Assembly (NCBI GenBank): GCA_973895155.1
Contig: OZ316893.1
Coordinates: forward strand, 17,709,281 to 17,773,280
Reading direction: 5' to 3'
Origin: Marsupella aquatica
Lineage: Eukaryota; Plantae; Marchantiophyta
Length of the DNA: 64,000 bases
The notes beneath the pieces were generated by a model. The model ran no database searches. It had not been told where the DNA came from and saw only the letters and a program-made list of their open reading frames with translations. Every line of letters starts with the position of its first letter. The first letter of the stretch is position 1. Position numbers and translations under genes: made by a program. Of this stretch, positions 59,181 through 64,000 are shown one piece after another.

Positions 59181-60311
59181 AAAACAAAAGACCACACTTA
59201 TGTCACTTGCCTCTCCAACGGTTAATACGTGCAAACCGCACTTTTCTTCGCTTAAACCGTTGGTATCGTATTACGGGGTCGTGGAGGGACGCTATTTGGA
59301 TTCTTTTCACACCAGGATGAGTATTTTGGTTTCCGCTCCCGGAAATGTAGGTTTTGATCAAGTCTACCGACTACCCTCACCCCACAGCTTTTGATCAAGT
59401 CCTGCCGACTACCCCACTACACCTTCACTCGGAGTCACCCAAAGAGTGCTGTCACCACCCCTACTCACAAGGCCGACTCAAACCAAGCAAGTTTCTTCAA
59501 ATCATAGAACGGGAGAACACAATTCGGAAAGCGAAAAAGGGAGAAGGAACACACAACAAAAGCCCATCAAGTCAAATGTACAGATCCATATCTCTTGGGA
59601 AAAACGATACACATTGCATGAGTAACCCGGCCTCCTGCCGTCTACTCAACTCCTGCCTCTCCGGACAATGAGTATGGCTCCCCCTCACTACTCTGAACAC
59701 GCTTTCAAACTCCTCAGGCTCCACTCTATCCCTCCTTGCTAACTTCACACTGAGTCCCCCTAACTACTTCGGGGCTATCCCCCTAAATACTGAAAAATCA
59801 CACCAAAGCACCCCTCACAGGGTCACAACGGTGGCGGCTACCCTAGCGGCGCCGCTAAAACCTTGCACTAAGAGAAATCCTTAAACTGAAGAGGAGCATG
59901 CGGCACACACATGCTGCTAAAACCCTAAACCCAAAACAAGGGGGCCGACGGTGCCTTCGACGGCGCCCCAACAGTACACGTGAACCCTGAAAGTGAGAGG
60001 CACCCCAAAATGGCCGAAACTAGGTGCCCTTCCAAGTGCACACCTGAGCTCACCCCTGGATAGCTCTTCTTTTCCTGCTTCCGAATCACTAAGTCGCTCC
60101 CTCAACGGACTTCAGACGCCTGAGTTATGGCCGTTTCCGTACCGCAAAAACATAAGTTCTCCAGGCCATAACTTGCTCATCCTGGCTCCGTTTGAGGAGC
60201 GCCGCCTCTTGTTGGAATCAGCTCCGCGAGCTCATCCCAACAAGCCCATGAGTGACCCCCCACTAAAATGTTGGAAATCTGGAGGCCGTACACCCACGTC
60301 CGTACGCCTAT

Positions 60312-62168
60312 CTAATCCTCCTCTTCTTCTTCGCTCTCGGTGCCCGGACTTGTGCCCCGTGAGTGGTCCTCCTCCTCATCACTCACGGGAGTGAGTGCCA
60401 CCGTACTTTTCTTCTTCTTCGACGGAGTACTCTTAGTGCTGCTGCTCCCGCGCTTCCTCAAAGCAGCCAAGGCCTGCCACGCCTTGATGTACCCCTCACC
60501 AATTGTGTCCTTCCAGAGGGTAGCCTCTTCTCCGGACCGCAACTCCAACGGTAGAACTTGCCCCGTGGCCATGGGAGTCCCGGGGGTGACAGACCTGGGT
60601 GGCATCCCCGTACTGACCTGAGCCTCCCGTAACGATTTCCGTACCTCCCGGAGCTTCTTCTCCAAGCTCTTACTCTTCTCCTGACTCTTCTTGGCTCCAT
60701 CCAACAAGGGTCCATACTTCCCACTAACCTCCTTCACCACCATCTCGATAGCTTGGGAGATCACATCCGGGGAAAGTGTGGAGCCAGGTGTGCCGGGACT
60801 CTTCCGTTTCCCTAGACTCAGGGCCTCACTTCTCTTCGCTCGTGTCTCAAAGGCTGCCACCTGACTCCGTAGTGCTCCCACCTGGTTCCTCCACTCCATC
60901 ACTTCTCCAGAATTTTGCTTCTCTTTGGCCAATGCTTGCCTCAACGCTCCTACTTCTTCTGCTTCCTTGGCCTTGGTGGACAAAGCTCCCTTCAAGTTGG
61001 TGATCTCTACGTGAGCTGCATTGATGTGCCTGACCTTCTCATGAATGGTCTGCTCCTTGGTCTTGATCACCTCCTTCAGTGACAGGATGCTCTGCTCTAA
61101 CGTCTCTACTTTGACTGTGGCGTGCTTGAGAGACTCCCTCAATGCGTGGACTAGCTTGAGTCCCTCGTGGACTCCCTCTCTGAAATCCCGTAGCTCTGCC
61201 AAGTAAACATCCGGAATGTTGTATTCCAGAGGCTGTTTCGGATCTCCCACGAGTGATTCAAGCCACTCCAATGTGCAATCATCCTCCTGGTTCTCTTCTT
61301 CTCTATTATCCTCCCCACCAGCAGACAATGATTCCTCCGTGAGCTTCCCTAAAACGGTAGTGGCAATACTCCGGATCTCCGTGGTGAGAGATGATCCCGT
61401 GTCTTCATGCCCCGGAGAACCAATCAACCCTTCTGCCCTGGCCAATACAAATGACCCCATCAAATGTACAGCCCCACCTGGTTTCACACTCCCGGGCTCA
61501 GCAGCCAATAGCTTCTTCAATCCGTAGCACCACCATCCGTACACATGGGCTGGGTAGTTCTTGATGTCCATAGCTACCACGAAATGCTCCTCATTCAGCA
61601 CTCCGGATTGCACGTTGCCAAGAACCCGTTGATGCACCTTGGCCAGGAAGCCCTTATACTCAACATCCTTGACAGCAGAAAGAGGGATGGCGGTGGTGGA
61701 GGTAGGATTGGTCACCCAAGTGGCCACCATTTTCAACGTGAGTTCTCCCCTGATATTCCGAGGTGTGAATGAGAATTTCTGATTCTCAAGAAACAATAGC
61801 TTAGCCAACTCCACATGGGGCACTACACGTTTGAGACATTCAAAGTAGATTCCCTCCGTTCGGAACTCCATCCCGGCCTCAATGTCCCAGCTCTTCCCTG
61901 AAGGGATGGTAATCTCCACCTTCATGAATTCTGTAAGCCCGGTGGCTTGGAAAATGTTCCGACAATCCTCCATCACCTTGGTGGAGGTCTTGGGATAAAT
62001 TCGACGAAAAATCTTCCTACCCACCGGTGAGGAACCCGCTGCCAATCCCGTGCTCATCATAACTTCTCTCTCTTCCCTTTCCCGTGTAATCCGAGTCTCC
62101 ACGTAGTCACGGTAAGCAGCCTTGTATCTCCGAATGCGTGACGCACTAAACTCTGGTTGATCTAGCAT
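60312..62168 (-). CDS. 618-aa LTR-encoded protein (5' LTR copy)
   Basis: Same translation as 49709-51565, offset 10603 bp; one synonymous difference seen (50900 vs 61503). Confidence 0.85.
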   Translation of the reverse strand: MLDQPEFSASRIRRYKAAYRDYVETRITREREEREVMMSTGLAAGSSPVGRKIFRRIYPKTSTKVMEDCRNIFQATGLTEFMKVEITIPSGKSWDIEAGMEFRTEGIYFECLKRVVPHVELAKLLFLENQKFSFTPRNIRGELTLKMVATWVTNPTSTTAIPLSAVKDVEYKGFLAKVHQRVLGNVQSGVLNEEHFVVAMDIKNYPAHVYGWWCYGLKKLLAAEPGSVKPGGAVHLMGSFVLARAEGLIGSPGHEDTGSSLTTEIRSIATTVLGKLTEESLSAGGEDNREEENQEDDCTLEWLESLVGDPKQPLEYNIPDVYLAELRDFREGVHEGLKLVHALRESLKHATVKVETLEQSILSLKEVIKTKEQTIHEKVRHINAAHVEITNLKGALSTKAKEAEEVGALRQALAKEKQNSGEVMEWRNQVGALRSQVAAFETRAKRSEALSLGKRKSPGTPGSTLSPDVISQAIEMVVKEVSGKYGPLLDGAKKSQEKSKSLEKKLREVRKSLREAQVSTGMPPRSVTPGTPMATGQVLPLELRSGEEATLWKDTIGEGYIKAWQALAALRKRGSSSTKSTPSKKKKSTVALTPVSDEEEDHSRGTSPGTESEEEEED

Positions 62169-62599
62169 CCATGCATCCCGAAATCAATTTCTCAATCACC
62201 AATCCCGTCACCCGTGGCAATGTCAATTCCCTGGCCCGAAACAGCCCCCGTAGCCCGATCACTTAAATTCTCTCAATTTCCCGTCACTACTCCGTGCGGC
62301 CGCCACTAATGCCTGGAAGAATGACGCCAGCAAGCCCCACTAATCCACCATGAAAGAGAGAGCTTCAAAAATAATTAGAATCTGGAGAGAGCTTCCGGCA
62401 AGAGAGAGAAGAACCCCGTTTTTGCTTTCGGCAATGAGAGGGTCGTGCAAAAGGAAGAGGGAAAGAAAAAGGAAGGAAAAAAAAATAGAACCGAAAAAAC
62501 TCCTGGCGCCTTCGCCATGCGCCCCGGCCCATTTCTCGGGCCTTACCCTTGCGTCCTCCTGCGCGCGGCCCTATGCAGGGCGCGCGGCCATTCCTCCCG

Positions 62600-63057
62600 G
62601 CTCGCGGGAGGCCCTTCAACTCCCCCCCGCTCGCGTGATCCTCCCAGCTCGCGGGAGGCCCTTTAACTCCCCCCCGCTCGCGTGATCCTCCCAGCTCGCG
62701 GGAGGCCCTTTAACTCCCCCCCGCTCGCGTGATCCTCCCAGCTCGCGGGAGGCCCTTTAACTCCCCCCCGCTCGCGTGATCCTCCCAGCTCGCGGGAGGC
62801 CCTTTAACTCCCCCCCGCTCGCGTGATCCTCCCAGCTCGCGGGAGGCCCTTTAACTCCCCCCCGCTCGCGTGATCCTCCCAGCTCGCGGGAGGCCCTTTA
62901 ACTCCCCCCCCCCGCTCGCTTGCTCTCCTTCAGCTCGCGGAGCCTCATTAATTGCCCGGGCACGCAGCCCTATGGGCTCGCGAGGCAGCCCCTTCAGCTC
63001 GCGGAGCCCCATTAATCGCCCGGGCACGCAGCCCTATGGGCTCGCGAGGCAGCCCCT
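62600..63057. repeat. CG-rich 47-bp tandem repeat x6 plus ~63-bp repeat x2 in the LTR
   Basis: CCCTTTAACTCCCCCCCGCTCGCGTGATCCTCCCAGCTCGCGGGAGG repeated six times; only one full unit in the other LTR (~52009-52055). Confidence 0.93.
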
Positions 63058-63419
63058 CTTTCTCTCGGACGGCCACTAATGGGACTCGCCCTCCTGAGGA
63101 GGGATTTATTTAAAAAAAAACCCCCCCCTCTCCTGACTTTGCAATGGGGGTCTCAACAATAGCTCTTGAAGCAAAACGGTAAGTCCTATGGGGCTGGTCC
63201 TGGCTAGTTTCAAGGTCCCAAAATATTTGCCCACTTAGGTCGCCGCAAATCTTAGAACTATTATGAGAGAAAGAATATAAAGTCACCTGGGGCATCATCA
63301 ACCTATAATGACGGAATTAACTAAAAATTAAAAAATGGCTTATTTACATTGACTATTAACAAGGTATCGGCCTTTGCAACCAGTTATGTGTGACTTCCCG
63401 TGACGGGGTACCCGTCACA

Positions 63420-63611
63420 GGTGGAAAACAAATATACCTATGACTAATACGAATTACGTAAGTGTTATACCAGTAAGTTTATCAACTTAGCCCGACTTAG
63501 GGCTAAACGGGGCCACTACACACCTCCTTGCCCGAACCCTCACCCCTACTGGTGGTCGAGGTTGCGCCATGGAACTAAACTAGATTTAAGGCCCAGGTTA
63601 GGGACGCGACA
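63420..63611 (-). mobile_element. Probable terminal piece of a third LTR (element C)
   Basis: Minus strand begins TGTCGCGTCCC exactly where transposase similarity ends. Confidence 0.45.
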
Positions 63612-64000
63612 CCAAGCCCTGGTCATGTTTGAAATCCCGCACTCCTTGCTTATCTTCATCCTCTCTGCAGTTGTTCCTGCCCTGGTCATGTTCCTGGCCG
63701 CCTCCCTCACCTCTTCAATTTTCCGTGTAGGTGGTGGATATCTCATCTGCATCCTATTGTTGTCATACACAGCCCTTCCCAGAAAACCTGGGGGTTGTGA
63801 TTGGTCAATCTCCTTTCGAGGATGATCAAACTTGCACTTCATCCATCGAGTGCTCATTTTACAATTCCTACAAGCGGAATAACCTGTAACATTCCAGCCC
63901 CCAAATTTACATTGTGCGGGATGATCTCTAGTGAAAACTGCTAACAGTGCTCGTAGCACACACCTAGGGTCATTTGGTACATTATACTCTTCAGCCAATA
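63612..64000 (-). pseudogene. Fragment of a CMC/EnSpm-like DDE transposase, interrupted
   Basis: LRALLAVFTRDHPAQCKFGGWNVTGYSACRNC (D.PA..K..G...C..C motif) and A.TTAERMKISKECGI; continues beyond the window. Confidence 0.65.

Larger units (their letters stand above)
48598..63419 (-). mobile_element. Full-length Athila-like (non-chromovirus) Ty3/gypsy retrotransposon, 14.8 kb (element B)
   Basis: Two near-identical TG..CA LTRs, tRNA-Asp-type PBS, PPT and intact gag-pol. No TSD (GGCCT vs GGTGG). Confidence 0.93.
59201..63419 (-). repeat. 5' LTR of element B (4219 bp)
   Basis: Copy of 48598-52582 plus five extra 47-bp units, a 1-bp indel in a poly-C run and a few substitutions. Confidence 0.93.

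Noticed and set aside
48598-63419. Simple segmental duplication of a host gene
   Set aside because: The repeat edges are exactly TG..CA and are bracketed by PBS and PPT around gag-pol.

Overview
Transposon-rich eukaryotic DNA, most likely from a non-seed land plant such as a bryophyte (inferred from a Replitron, a PHD-tailed gypsy integrase and LPDDL..HIWP F-box remnants). The only clear host gene is a 4-exon NIN-like protein (NLP; GAF + RWP-RK + PB1) on the minus strand at 8121-14001. Around it are nested elements: three copies of one copia family, an old PHD-bearing gypsy remnant, a decayed Replitron HUH transposase, and a large CACTA-type region. That region holds tandem arrays, two F-box remnants, an intact stand-alone EDM2-type triple PHD ORF and a Tnp2 pseudogene. 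The most striking feature is a young, intact Athila-like Ty3/gypsy element (48598-63419, minus). Each of its ~4 kb LTRs contains a complete 618-aa gene (PMD/Transposase_32-like domain + coiled coil + basic NLS-like tail) next to a copy-number-variable CG-rich repeat. It is inserted into a second LTR-like segment carrying a ~1200-aa distant relative of that gene. All calls were made by eye; no database searches were run.
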